Assembly: GCA_000175855.1 (NCBI GenBank)
Contig: ACYB01000004.1
Span: 30,001-62,000, forward strand
DNA: 32,000 nt
Direction: 5' to 3'
Origin: Raphidiopsis brookii D9
GTDB lineage: Bacteria; Cyanobacteriota; Cyanobacteriia; Cyanobacteriales; Nostocaceae
The notes under the pieces: model-generated
Told to the model about the DNA's origin: nothing
The model's database searches: none
What the model saw: the letters and a program-made list of their open reading frames with translations, nothing else
Shown: positions 8,279-18,112 of the stretch, piece by piece
Position numbering within the stretch: position 1 is the stretch's first letter
Layout: the number at the start of each line of letters is the position of its first letter
Made by a program: the position numbers and the translations under genes

Positions 8279-10513
8279 CTACAATAAAAGACTATTTGTA
8301 ATTCTGTATATACGATTTAAGTCTTGAATAACTTCGCCAGTAGATAAATAGCGATCGCCAAAATTATAACAAATCATTTTATCTAAAATATCTGCCAGGT
8401 GGTCGCTAACACTAACTAAGTCCCGCCAAACCACATTACCAGTTTGGGTATCCAATGGCAATTCTTGGGGAAAATTTCCAGTAATAGCTTGAATCCCAAT
8501 CATACCCAAAGCATAAATATCACTAGATAAGCGGGGATGACCAGCCAATTGCTCTGGTGGTGAATACCCCCTTGTACCTATGGAAACCGTAGCTGACTCC
8601 GTACCAGGATTAATTTGAGGTTGAATTAATTTCACCGCGCCAAAATCTATTAAACACAGACGATTATCTTCATGGCGTCGCATAATATTGCTAGGTTTAA
8701 TATCCCGGTGAATTACATGGTGTTGATGTATAAAAGATAAAATCTCTAAGATTTCTAGCAACATAGCAATGACAAAACTCTGGCTTTTAGCACCCGTTAC
8801 TGGAGGTAACTCTTGACTTAAAGTATGACCTACTATATACTCTTGAACTAGATAAAACTCCTGTCCATCTTCAAAATAATCTAACAGTTGGGGAATTTGT
8901 GGGTGTGCACCCACGATGGCCAAAATTTCTGCTTCGGTGTTAAACAATCTGCGAGCAACCTGCAAAAACTTAACATCCTTCCGAGCTGGCATTAATTGCT
9001 TAACCACACAGGTATGATGCTGATTATTGTTTTGAGCATCTTCTACTAAATAAGTCCTTCCAAAACCTCCTGAACCCAGATTTCTTACAATCTGATAGCG
9101 TCCAGCTAACAGTAAATTGTCATCCCAAGATGTAGCAGCGTCAACAAAATCAAGTTGATCAAACTGATCAATTTGGGTAGGAGGTTGGGTTTTTTCCTCC
9201 CATAGTGAACTCATCTCCTCAATTGCTTGCTGTTGTTTTCGCACCTGGTCCAGAATTATCTGGTTCTGTCTTTGAACTTGATAGTTAGTATAAGCAATTA
9301 CAGTAATACTACTAATGATCAAACATAGTATCGGTCGAATAAAGGGTATCCATATAGCTTGCCAAGAAAAAATAGTCACAATAGCTAAACTGAACCCAAT
9401 AACCATAATTAGTGCTATTGTTATGGGTATAGGATGATGCCATTTTCTAGTCAAAATTGCACCAATAACTGCATAACTCCCAATCCATAGCCATTCTAAC
9501 CAGTCTGACCAATAATTAATGACCGCTCTACCATCCAGTGCTGCACTAATGATTTGACTGGCCACCTGGGCGTGAATCATCATACGAGATAGCCTGGGGC
9601 TCTGATCAGATAAACTGCTATAGGGTGTGTAATATCCCGGATGTACACTATTAGCAGTAGTACCTATAATTACCAAGCGGTCCTTTACCCAATTTGGGTT
9701 AATTTTACCTGTCAGCACTTGTGTAAGTGTAACCTGCTGGGCTAGATCCTGGGGATGACGATAGTTTAATAAAATTTGATAGCCATTTGTATCCACATCT
9801 TGATAACCTCCCGCATTTTTATTCAAGCGGTGAAATATGGCTTTACCTATTTGCAATTCCTGATTTTGACCGAAGGTGTATCTTATACCCTGCTGATCTA
9901 AATATGTAATAGCTAATAAGGTTCCAAAGGAAAATTCCGTTTGGCATTTTTCGTCTTTCTCCGTGGGTTCAGCAAATAATAAACCCCGACGAATCAGCTG
10001 ATCCACCTGATTATCACTAACCACATCATCAAACCCGATATTATCTGTGGGAATGTTACCAGGAGGAGGAACTTCTGACCTCCCAATATTACTTAATAGA
10101 CAAGTGGCAATTACTTGACCTGATGGTGCCAAATTGTTACCTAAATCTTTTTGTTGAGGACGATAAATATTTAATCCCACTACTCTTGGTTGATAAAATG
10201 CCAATTTTTTCAGCAGTTGATTGACAGTTTGATCTGATAGGGGCCATTTTTCCCGTTTTATATCTTCCTCTGTAATTGTAATTAGCAACATTCTTGGATC
10301 CCTGGGTTCTCGATGACGGAGTCGCAACATTCGATCATAAATTCCTAACTCCATACTTTGTAACCACTTCATTTCCCCCATTCCCCATATAACACCTGTT
10401 ACTCCCATACTGGTAGCAAGAATAACCGACAGGAAATTATGTTTACTCTTATTAATAGTGTTTCTATTAGTCATAGAAGCAATACGCATTTTTCTAACAA
10501 ATCGACTAATCAT
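8279..10513 (-). CDS. CHASE2 sensor domain Ser/Thr protein kinase
   Basis: The order is an N-terminal TM helix, a CHASE2-like ectodomain (LLITITEEDIKREKWPLSDQ...VGLNIYR...VIIGTTANS...MMIHAQV), a cluster of TM helices, then a complete Hanks kinase (LGSGGFGRTYLV, VVKQL, HRDIKPSNIM, DFG, GTRGYSPPE). The first ATG is at 10513; the ORF track starts at a TTG at 10519. Confidence 0.85.
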   Translation of the reverse strand: MISRFVRKMRIASMTNRNTINKSKHNFLSVILATSMGVTGVIWGMGEMKWLQSMELGIYDRMLRLRHREPRDPRMLLITITEEDIKREKWPLSDQTVNQLLKKLAFYQPRVVGLNIYRPQQKDLGNNLAPSGQVIATCLLSNIGRSEVPPPGNIPTDNIGFDDVVSDNQVDQLIRRGLLFAEPTEKDEKCQTEFSFGTLLAITYLDQQGIRYTFGQNQELQIGKAIFHRLNKNAGGYQDVDTNGYQILLNYRHPQDLAQQVTLTQVLTGKINPNWVKDRLVIIGTTANSVHPGYYTPYSSLSDQSPRLSRMMIHAQVASQIISAALDGRAVINYWSDWLEWLWIGSYAVIGAILTRKWHHPIPITIALIMVIGFSLAIVTIFSWQAIWIPFIRPILCLIISSITVIAYTNYQVQRQNQIILDQVRKQQQAIEEMSSLWEEKTQPPTQIDQFDQLDFVDAATSWDDNLLLAGRYQIVRNLGSGGFGRTYLVEDAQNNNQHHTCVVKQLMPARKDVKFLQVARRLFNTEAEILAIVGAHPQIPQLLDYFEDGQEFYLVQEYIVGHTLSQELPPVTGAKSQSFVIAMLLEILEILSFIHQHHVIHRDIKPSNIMRRHEDNRLCLIDFGAVKLIQPQINPGTESATVSIGTRGYSPPEQLAGHPRLSSDIYALGMIGIQAITGNFPQELPLDTQTGNVVWRDLVSVSDHLADILDKMICYNFGDRYLSTGEVIQDLNRIYRITNSLLL

Positions 10514-10757
10514 GCTCAATTAAGGAAACACCTATCTCTGATGTAGCATTATCAAATGTGGAGCTTCTAGGTAATAACTCTCCATTGCGATTGTCAGCAG
10601 CCAGTATTTTATTATAATTGGAAGCAACGGCTAAAAATGATCCAGCCAAAATATGGATAGGTAAGGGTAAAGATAAGTTCCCTAACCAGTCAAAGGCCCA
10701 GCTAAACACCTCCGCTATAGCAAATAATAAGAAGAAGCATATCAACCAAACTATCAT
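10506..10757 (-). CDS. Small two-TM membrane protein, tightly coupled to the CHASE2 kinase
   Basis: 83 aa from the ATG at 10757, which is preceded by GGGAAG. It has two hydrophobic helices (IVWLICFFLLFAIAEVF and LPLPIHILAGSFLAVAS). Its stop codon at 10506..10508 overlaps the kinase start by 8 nt (14 nt if the TTG start is used). Confidence 0.5.
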   Translation of the reverse strand: MIVWLICFFLLFAIAEVFSWAFDWLGNLSLPLPIHILAGSFLAVASNYNKILAADNRNGELLPRSSTFDNATSEIGVSLIEHD

Positions 10758-10948
10758 TTTTTCTTCCCTAGGATGCAAACAACTAAACCTATGCTAAATC
10801 ATGGGGTCGAAATTGTGCAACATCAGTAAGCTTCCTCAGATCTCTTTCCAAGCGAATTAACAAGTCCGAGCGATCACTTTTCTCCATAGCTATGTGATCG
10901 GCAACTATGTTACCATAGTATTGGTTGTATTAAAGGAATTACGAGCTA

Positions 10949-11404
10949 ATGACTTACTTAATTGCCAAAAAATCCTTATATGAATCTGATTATTTAGATT
11001 GGATTCAAGAGACCATATCTAAACTAAAAGCTAGAGAATTTGACCATGTGGATATTGACAATTTAATAGAGGAGATTGAGGATTTGGGACGATCTTATCG
11101 AGATGAGTTGGAAAGTCGTTTAGACGTGTTGTTATCACATATTTTAAAGCGATTATATGTTCCCTTACCAAATGATTACAATGGTTGGGAAAGAACTATT
11201 AGAGAACAAAGGAAGCAAATGAAACGACCTTTAGCAAAGTCACCTAGTCTTAAAAATTATTTGCCGGAAATTTTTGACGAAATTTGGCAAGATGTACTTA
11301 AAGAAGTCCGAGAGGATTATCCACAGTATGAGTTTCCCGATTTATGGCAGTTTGATCGTGATATTGATACATTGTTAAACAACAGTTTCTGGCATTATGG
11401 TTAA
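10949..11404 (+). CDS. DUF29 family protein
   Basis: 151 aa. LYESDYLDWIQETISKLKAREFDHVDIDNLIEEIEDLGRSYRDELESRLDVLLSHILK is the typical DUF29 N-terminal pattern, which is common in cyanobacteria. Confidence 0.75.
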   Translation: MTYLIAKKSLYESDYLDWIQETISKLKAREFDHVDIDNLIEEIEDLGRSYRDELESRLDVLLSHILKRLYVPLPNDYNGWERTIREQRKQMKRPLAKSPSLKNYLPEIFDEIWQDVLKEVREDYPQYEFPDLWQFDRDIDTLLNNSFWHYG

Positions 11405-11456
11405 TTAACCACCTGTTCAGAAATGAAAGCAGTTTCTAACCTAATTTTCAGTCATT

Positions 11457-11942
11457 ATGAATCTTGAAGTTGGCATTATCATGGGTAGTGATTCCGATCT
11501 CCCTACCATGAAAGAAGCGATCGCCATTTGTGAGGAATTTTCCGTCAGCTACGAGGTAGCCATTGTTTCTGCCCATCGCACGCCTCTACGTATGGTAGAG
11601 TATGCCCAAACTGCCCATATAAGGGGATTAAAGGTAATTATTGCTGGAGCTGGTGGTGCGGCACATTTGCCAGGAATGGTAGCATCTTTAACTCCACTAC
11701 CAGTAATTGGTGTTCCTGTACCCACCCGTCATTTACAGGGAGTAGATTCTTTATACTCTATAGTGCAAATGCCAGCGGGTATACCTGTAGCTACGGTAGC
11801 TATAGGTGGTGCCAAAAATGCTGGTCTTTTGGCGGTGCAGATTCTCGCTACTTACAAACCAGACTTGTTAGTTAAGGTTCAAGCCTATCGCCAGTCTTTA
11901 TCAGATATGGTTATGGACAAACAAAATCGATTAAACTCATGA
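11457..11942 (+). CDS. purE: N5-carboxyaminoimidazole ribonucleotide mutase
   Basis: 161 aa with [36 protein letters not shown] and VIGVPV motifs. Confidence 0.92.
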   Translation: MNLEVGIIMGSDSDLPTMKEAIAICEEFSVSYEVAIVSAHRTPLRMVEYAQTAHIRGLKVIIAGAGGAAHLPGMVASLTPLPVIGVPVPTRHLQGVDSLYSIVQMPAGIPVATVAIGGAKNAGLLAVQILATYKPDLLVKVQAYRQSLSDMVMDKQNRLNS

Positions 11943-12049
11943 CAATCAGAATCCTATTATATACTATATGAGAATTGTGTCCAGTGGGTAACTTACCCTG
12001 GTAGTCTAGATAGATGTGAATTTATCACCTGGTTTGACAAATTATTTTT

Positions 12050-13018
12050 ATGACCTCAGTTTCTAGCCCTTCACGCACCATTCGTATTGGTTCTCGCAAA
12101 AGTGAACTCGCCCTAGTGCAAACCTATTGGGTGCAAGAGCAACTACAGAAAAGCTATCCGGATATTGATTTTCAAGTTCATACCATGTCCACCCAGGGGG
12201 ATAAAATCCTGGATGTAGCACTGGCCAAAATTGGTGATAAGGGTTTATTTACCAAAGAACTGGAACTGGGAATGATCAATCAGGAAATTGATTTTGCCGT
12301 TCATTCTCTTAAGGATTTACCTACCAACTTGCCAGCAGGTTTGACCTTAGCAGCAATCACAGCACGAGAAAACCCAGCTGATGCAGTGGTATTCCACCAA
12401 AACCACCTGGGACAAACCCTGGATACCCTACCCCCAGGATCGGTAATTGGCACTTCCTCCCTCAGAAGACTGGCACAGTTGCGCCATAAATTCTCCCATT
12501 TTACCTTTAAAGATGTACGAGGTAATCTCAACACTCGTATGACCAAACTTGATGCAGGTGAATATGATGCTTTAATTCTGGCTGTTGCTGGTCTGGAAAG
12601 ACTCAATATGCACCATCGTATTCATCAAATTTTACCCCCGGATATTTCCCTTCATGCAGTTGGTCAAGGCGCTTTGGGTATAGAATGTCGAGAAAATGAC
12701 TCGGAATTAATTACCATTCTCAAAGCAATTGAACATCCACAAACACGCGATCGCTGTTTAGCTGAACGTTCTTTCTTGCGCTCTTTAGAAGGAGGTTGTC
12801 AAGTTCCCATTGGTGTAAACACAGAAATCGACGGAGAAAGTCTCACCCTAACGGGAATTGTTGCCAGTGTGAATGGTGAAAACTTGGTAAAAAATACAAT
12901 TACTGGTGCTGCTGCTGATGCGGAAAAATTAGGTACTCAGTTAGCAAACATTCTCAGGGAACAGGGAGCAACGGAAATTCTAGAGGAAATATTTACTCAA
13001 ATTCAACGCGGGTCTTGA
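12050..13018 (+). CDS. hemC: Hydroxymethylbilane synthase (porphobilinogen deaminase)
   Basis: 322 aa with [50 protein letters not shown], and the cofactor Cys context GGCQVPIG. Confidence 0.93.
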   Translation: MTSVSSPSRTIRIGSRKSELALVQTYWVQEQLQKSYPDIDFQVHTMSTQGDKILDVALAKIGDKGLFTKELELGMINQEIDFAVHSLKDLPTNLPAGLTLAAITARENPADAVVFHQNHLGQTLDTLPPGSVIGTSSLRRLAQLRHKFSHFTFKDVRGNLNTRMTKLDAGEYDALILAVAGLERLNMHHRIHQILPPDISLHAVGQGALGIECRENDSELITILKAIEHPQTRDRCLAERSFLRSLEGGCQVPIGVNTEIDGESLTLTGIVASVNGENLVKNTITGAAADAEKLGTQLANILREQGATEILEEIFTQIQRGS

Positions 13019-13159
13019 AGACTGGGTAAACCTTTCATAGGAGAATAGAAACAGAGCTAGAAATAGCCATTTACTATGGTTCCTATTGAAATGAGAAACA
13101 ATACTCAAACCTTCTTATTAACCCTCTACGACTAAACAATCACCAAATACCAATTAATT

Positions 13160-14563
13160 ATGCGAATCTTATTTGTAGCGGCAGAGGCTGCCCCTATTGC
13201 TAAAGCGGGAGGCATGGGTGATGTTGTAGGTGCATTACCAAAATTCCTCAGACAAATGGGACATGATGTAAGGATCTTCCTACCCTACTATGGCTTTTTG
13301 CCAGATAAGGTGGAAATTCCCCAGGAGCCTGTGTGGAAAGGCTTTGCCATGTTTCAAGACTTTTCTGTCTATGAAACCATTCTACCAGGAACAGATGTTC
13401 CCTTGTACCTGTTTGGACATTCATCTTTTCTACCTCGGCGTATCTATTCAGGAGAAGATGAAGACTGGCGGTTCACCTTATTTGCTAATGGAGCTGCGGA
13501 ATTTGCCTGGAATTACTGGAAACCAGAAATAATTCACTGTCATGATTGGCATACAGGCATGATTCCCGTGTGGATGCACCAGGATCCGGATATAACTACG
13601 GTTTTTACCATTCACAACTTAGCCTATCAAGGTCCGTGGCGGTGGTATCTAGATAAAATTACTTGGTGTCCTTGGTATATGGAAGGACATAATACCATGG
13701 CCGCAGCCGTACAATATGCGGATAGAGTTAATACGGTTTCGCCAACTTATGCAGAACAAATCAAAACTGCTACCTATGGTGAGCAAATAGAGGGATTGTT
13801 ATCTTTTATCAGTGGTAAATTATCAGGGATTATCAATGGTATAGACACGGAACTGTATAATCCAGCTAATGATAAATATATAACTCAAACCTTTAATACC
13901 AATAGCTTAGACAAACGTAGAGCTAATAAAATTGCCCTGCAAGAGGAAATGGGTCTAGAGGTTAACTCCAATGCCTTTTTAATGGGCATGGTCAGTAGAT
14001 TGGTAGAGCAAAAGGGTTTGGATTTAATCATCCAAATGCTTGACCGGTTTATGGCCTACACAGATGCTCAATTTGTACTCTTAGGAACAGGCGATCGCTA
14101 TTACGAAACCCAAATGTGGCAGTTAGCATCTCGTTACTCTGGGCGGATAGCAACCTACCTACTGTATAATGATGCTCTTTCTCGTCGTATTTATGCAGGG
14201 ACTGATGCGTTCCTCATGCCCAGTCGTTTTGAGCCTTGTGGTATTAGTCAAATGATGGCTTTGCGCTATGGTTCAGTTCCCATTGTGCGTCGTACAGGAG
14301 GACTGGTTGACACTGTGACCCATCATGATCCCATAAATCAAGCAGGTACAGGGTATTGTTTTGATCGTTATGAACCCTTAGATCTGTTTACTTGTATGAT
14401 TCGTGCCTGGGAAGGTTTTCGTTACAAACCTCAGTGGCAAGAACTACAAAAACGTGGTATGAGTCAAAACTTTAGTTGGTATGAATCCGCCAAAAAGTAT
14501 GAAGACCTATATCGTTCTATTTATGGGTTACCACCACTGGAATTAGAACTGAAAGCAGCTTAG
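13160..14563 (+). CDS. glgA: Glycogen synthase (ADP-glucose type, GT5)
   Basis: 467 aa with [43 protein letters not shown], and [12 protein letters not shown]. Confidence 0.92.
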   Translation: MRILFVAAEAAPIAKAGGMGDVVGALPKFLRQMGHDVRIFLPYYGFLPDKVEIPQEPVWKGFAMFQDFSVYETILPGTDVPLYLFGHSSFLPRRIYSGEDEDWRFTLFANGAAEFAWNYWKPEIIHCHDWHTGMIPVWMHQDPDITTVFTIHNLAYQGPWRWYLDKITWCPWYMEGHNTMAAAVQYADRVNTVSPTYAEQIKTATYGEQIEGLLSFISGKLSGIINGIDTELYNPANDKYITQTFNTNSLDKRRANKIALQEEMGLEVNSNAFLMGMVSRLVEQKGLDLIIQMLDRFMAYTDAQFVLLGTGDRYYETQMWQLASRYSGRIATYLLYNDALSRRIYAGTDAFLMPSRFEPCGISQMMALRYGSVPIVRRTGGLVDTVTHHDPINQAGTGYCFDRYEPLDLFTCMIRAWEGFRYKPQWQELQKRGMSQNFSWYESAKKYEDLYRSIYGLPPLELELKAA

Positions 14564-14730
14564 GCAAATTGAATATAGATTGTTAACTTTTGCCAGCTCC
14601 GACTTTGGCACGGAAGTGCTTCCGTTTGAGCCAAATATGCCGAAAGTAGGTTGTACAGTAGTTAATGTAGTTCAAAAACCGGACTTATTCTGGCTTGGCC
14701 TCAAAAACAAAAGTTCAGCAAGGTTTAGCG

Positions 14731-16227
14731 ATGTTAACTTCATCAGAAACTCCTATAATTGCGGCTGTAATATTAGTCGCTTTCGGTATTTTGGCTTGGG
14801 GCTTTTACCGTTCCAGATCCTTTGGCAAACTGGGGATCCTGGCTTGGTTGCAATCTGTTGTCTTAATGGCTCCGTGGTTGGTGTTCTTTGGTCTGTTTGC
14901 GGTTGGAATTTATATCAATATAGCAGGTGTGCTGTTATTACTTGTTGTTTCAACAAGTATATATATCTTCTTAGGTTGGCAGTTACGAAAAGCTGGTCAA
15001 GATGTAATTCTCAAAACAAAGGCCACAGAAAGAATTGCCAGCGAAACTTCACCAGCAGTAAGTCAGACAGAAAATGGCGACTCACCAGTGGTCATTGCCC
15101 AGGTCAAACTCGAGCCCATAACCATCCCAGAAGAAGATTTAAACACCATCAAGGGGATTTTTGGCATTGATACATTCTTTGCTACGGAAACCATTCCCTA
15201 TCAGGAAGGAGCAGTTTTTAAAGGTAACCTACGGGGTGATGCACAAGAGGTTCATAAGCGACTGACTAAAAATTTAGCAGGACAATTAGGAGACAAATAC
15301 CGTCTTTTTTTAGTAGAGAACACGGATGGTAAACCCGTAGTAATCATTTTACCCAGTCGTAGCGATCCACGACCCATGCAGTTAGGACAAAAGGTATTTG
15401 CTGGAATTTTATTACTGGCAACCATTGCGACCAGTTTGGAAGCTGGGGGTTTGCTGTTGAATTTCGACTTATTTACCACCCCATCACGCATTACGGAAGC
15501 TCTACCCATAGCTGTGGGAATATTGGCAATTTTGGTAGCTCATGAACTGGGACATTGGTTATTTGCCAAAAAACATCAAGTTCAACTGACCTGGCCTTTT
15601 TTCTTACCAGCGGTGCAAATTGGTTCCTTTGGAGCAATTACTCGCTTTGGGTCCCTCCTACCTGACCGTAAGGCTTTATTTGATATTGCTTTAGCAGGTC
15701 CTGGCTTTGGTGGTCTGGTCTCCCTGGTAATGTTGGTGACCGGGTTATTACTTTCCCACCCTGGGAGTTTATTTCAAATACCTAATAAATTCTTCCAGGG
15801 TTCAATTCTAGTGGGTAGTTTAGCACGAGTGATTTTAGGATCCACCCTACAAGCGCCCATAGTTAATATTCATCCTCTGGTGATTATTGGTTGGTTAGGA
15901 CTGATCATCACAGCTTTAAACCTAATGCCAGCAGGACAACTGGATGGGGGGCGTATTGTTCAGGCAATTTATGGACGTAAAACTGCACGGACAACCACAA
16001 TTGCCACCCTAGTGGTTTTAGCCTTGGTTTCTTTAGGTAATACCATGGCTTTTTATTGGGCAATTGTGATTTTCTTTTTGCAACGGGATGCGGAACGTCC
16101 CAGTTTAAATGAAATTACCGAACCTGATGATGCAAGAGCAGCTTTAGGTCTTTTGGCTTTGTTTTTAATGATTAGTACCCTCTTACCCCTCACCCCTGCT
16201 CTAGCTGGAAAATTGGGAATAGGCTAG
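14731..16227 (+). CDS. Site-2 protease family (peptidase M50) membrane metalloprotease
   Basis: ORF 14695..16227, whose track start is a TTG. The first ATG at 14731 gives a 498-aa polytopic protein with the HELGHW zinc motif and a downstream NLMPAGQLDGGR motif. Confidence 0.85.
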   Translation: MLTSSETPIIAAVILVAFGILAWGFYRSRSFGKLGILAWLQSVVLMAPWLVFFGLFAVGIYINIAGVLLLLVVSTSIYIFLGWQLRKAGQDVILKTKATERIASETSPAVSQTENGDSPVVIAQVKLEPITIPEEDLNTIKGIFGIDTFFATETIPYQEGAVFKGNLRGDAQEVHKRLTKNLAGQLGDKYRLFLVENTDGKPVVIILPSRSDPRPMQLGQKVFAGILLLATIATSLEAGGLLLNFDLFTTPSRITEALPIAVGILAILVAHELGHWLFAKKHQVQLTWPFFLPAVQIGSFGAITRFGSLLPDRKALFDIALAGPGFGGLVSLVMLVTGLLLSHPGSLFQIPNKFFQGSILVGSLARVILGSTLQAPIVNIHPLVIIGWLGLIITALNLMPAGQLDGGRIVQAIYGRKTARTTTIATLVVLALVSLGNTMAFYWAIVIFFLQRDAERPSLNEITEPDDARAALGLLALFLMISTLLPLTPALAGKLGIG

Positions 16228-16241
16228 TAATTTAGGGTAAT

Positions 16242-17348
16242 TTAGGTGTTCCTTTGAACAGTCCTGGGAAATAGTTTTTGAAAACTAGCTTGTCGTTTAG
16301 CAACTGTTTCTTCACTCATGTTCCATAGGGTTTCATAAAAGAAGAAAGCAACCCCGGCAAAATTGCGATCGCGCGTTTTTTTTACCTGGGTTGCAATCTG
16401 CTCCATGGGAACGGAACGATTTTTTAAACCGGTTAAAATTCCTATGCTCACGGGTATATGTTTTTGGGCAGCTTTTACTTCTGGGTATTCTAATTCACTG
16501 ATAAAAACCTTTAAATCATCTCTATATACTTGTAATACCAGTTCTTCTATTAATCCCATCTGTTCCCATTTTTGCCAGTCTGCTAAATAATATTCGTAGG
16601 AAAATCTTTGGGGATTGGGTGCAACAGAAACTAGACAGTTCTTTTTTGTTGGCTTTAATGGCAAAAAATACTCGCTTCATCAAGTTAGTAATTTTATCTG
16701 CTCTCCACTTTACCCATTCTGGATCTTGGAAATTTTCAGACGGTGCTTTCCCTTGGTGTTCCTGTTTGTATAACCCTACAGTATAAGAGTCATATCCCAG
16801 TTCCGAAGGCAATCCAAAATGATCGTCAAACTGAATACCGTCAATGTCATAATTTCTGACGATTTCTACAATTAAATTCTCCATGAATTTTTGCACCTCG
16901 GGATGAAATGGATTTAACCACACTCGGTCATGTATCCCTTCTTTTACGATTTTAGTACCGTCCCTGCGGGTAGTAATCCATTCTGGTCTTGCTTGGGCTA
17001 GTAGGGAATCAGCAGGAGCCATAAAGCCAAATTCAAACCAAGGAATAACTGTTAGACCTTGTTTATGTCCTTGAGTAGTTATTTCCCTCAGTATATCTCG
17101 GTTTTCAACCCTGGTGTGGGGTCTAAGGATTTCCCAATCACCCTACTGGCTATTTGGCTGGGATAAAGTGTATAACCCCAATTCCAGACTGTGGGGTAGA
17201 CTGTATTAAAGTTCAACTTTCCCAGAGTTTTGAGTGATCTTTTTAGTCGCTCCCTGGCAAATAAAACATCACTGTCAATATTGGTTAACCACACACCTCT
17301 TGACTCCGATATTCCCATCTTTCCCAATCTTTTTTCTTTGGGAAACAA
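16242..17348 (-). pseudogene. Glycosyl-hydrolase-like family 10 (GHL10/DUF187) gene disrupted by two compensating 1-nt homopolymer indels
   Basis: Three consecutive ORFs (17348..17088, 17022..16522, 16664..16242) together read as one GHL10-like protein: GVWLTNIDSDVLF, FNTVYPTVWNWGYTLYPS, [shift] RDILREITTQGHKQGLTVIPWFEFGFMAPADS, WLNPFHPEVQ, YDIDGIQFDDHFG, [shift] NCLVSVAPNPQ...GVAFFFYETLW. The shifts map to the run at 17102..17105 (one base missing) and the run at 16642..16647 (one base extra). Confidence 0.75.
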
Positions 17349-17544
17349 CTATTTCCGCTCTCAAAGTTAAGGATGATATCAATACTATCATCATACTGAT
17401 GCTAAAGATAAACACCAGTAACCCTGACTTTAGCTGCTTATTCACATTACACCTACTAAAAAATAATAAAGTAAAAAATCAGTTAAATTTTCCGGATGAG
17501 CCAAAAATTCCAAGTTTACTGTTATACCTAATTATATAGGCGTT

Positions 17545-17931
17545 ATGAATATCAAGCTCGACAAATATACCCCTAGCAGTCTGGCCTCTTTATTTATCCT
17601 GCTGATGGAGGGGGGAATAACACCAAATCAAATTATGTCTGGTATTGTTCTTCTTGCCATCCAGAATTATGAATTAGAAGGCACTATGTTTTCTGCTAAC
17701 TGTTTACATTTTCTAATGAAAGCCATACCAGTGGATACAACAGCAACAGGTGTGACCGAATTTATTTTATCTTTGGCGAATGAGTCTATTAACATTGGTA
17801 TGTTATTAGACGCTTTTGCTTTCGCTTGTCAAAAGCAAGGTTCACGCAATATTGCCAGCTTAGTTAGTTTAACTTATCAGAGATTAGAAGCTGATAGAGT
17901 TATCTCTCAATTAATTAATGATCAATTGTAG
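17545..17931 (+). CDS. Hypothetical protein (128 aa), no family recognised
   Basis: Clean ATG ORF with no overlapping alternative, followed 50 nt downstream by a strong intrinsic terminator. I recognised no motif. Confidence 0.5.
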   Translation: MNIKLDKYTPSSLASLFILLMEGGITPNQIMSGIVLLAIQNYELEGTMFSANCLHFLMKAIPVDTTATGVTEFILSLANESINIGMLLDAFAFACQKQGSRNIASLVSLTYQRLEADRVISQLINDQL

Positions 17932-17981
17932 TGAGTTTCTGAGAAAAAATGCTAGTCCGTCTGAAGATTGCATAGGTTAAC

Positions 17982-18011
17982 GGGGTGCCAAGAAGCGCCC
18001 CCATTTTTGTT
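17982..18011 (+). terminator. Rho-independent terminator after the 128-aa ORF
   Basis: GGGGTGC-caagaa-GCGCCCC forms a 7-bp GC-rich stem with one G-U pair. It is followed by CA and TTTTT at 18004..18008. Confidence 0.7.
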
Positions 18012-18112
18012 CAATGCTGGAAATTAGCAGGTTGGCGATGATATTATGATATAATAAGTAGTGTTTTTAGAGCTTCTAAATATAAGATATTTGTTAGTAT
18101 TAGCCAATCTCA

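Noticed and set aside
10789-10887. 32-codon minus-strand ORF (MEKSDRSDLLIRLERDLRKLTDVAQFRPHDLA) upstream of the small membrane protein gene
   Set aside because: It is too short, has no recognisable motif, and I have no evidence of conservation.
14580-15170. 196-aa plus-strand ORF upstream of and overlapping the M50 protease gene
   Set aside because: It starts at a non-ATG codon and overlaps the clearly homologous S2P frame in another frame. Its composition is Cys/Arg/Trp-rich, typical of an out-of-frame read.
16642-17105. Programmed ribosomal frameshifting as an explanation for the split GHL10 gene
   Set aside because: It would need two shifts of opposite sign. Neither site has a recognisable slippery heptamer with a downstream structure. 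Simple indels in A runs are the more economical explanation.
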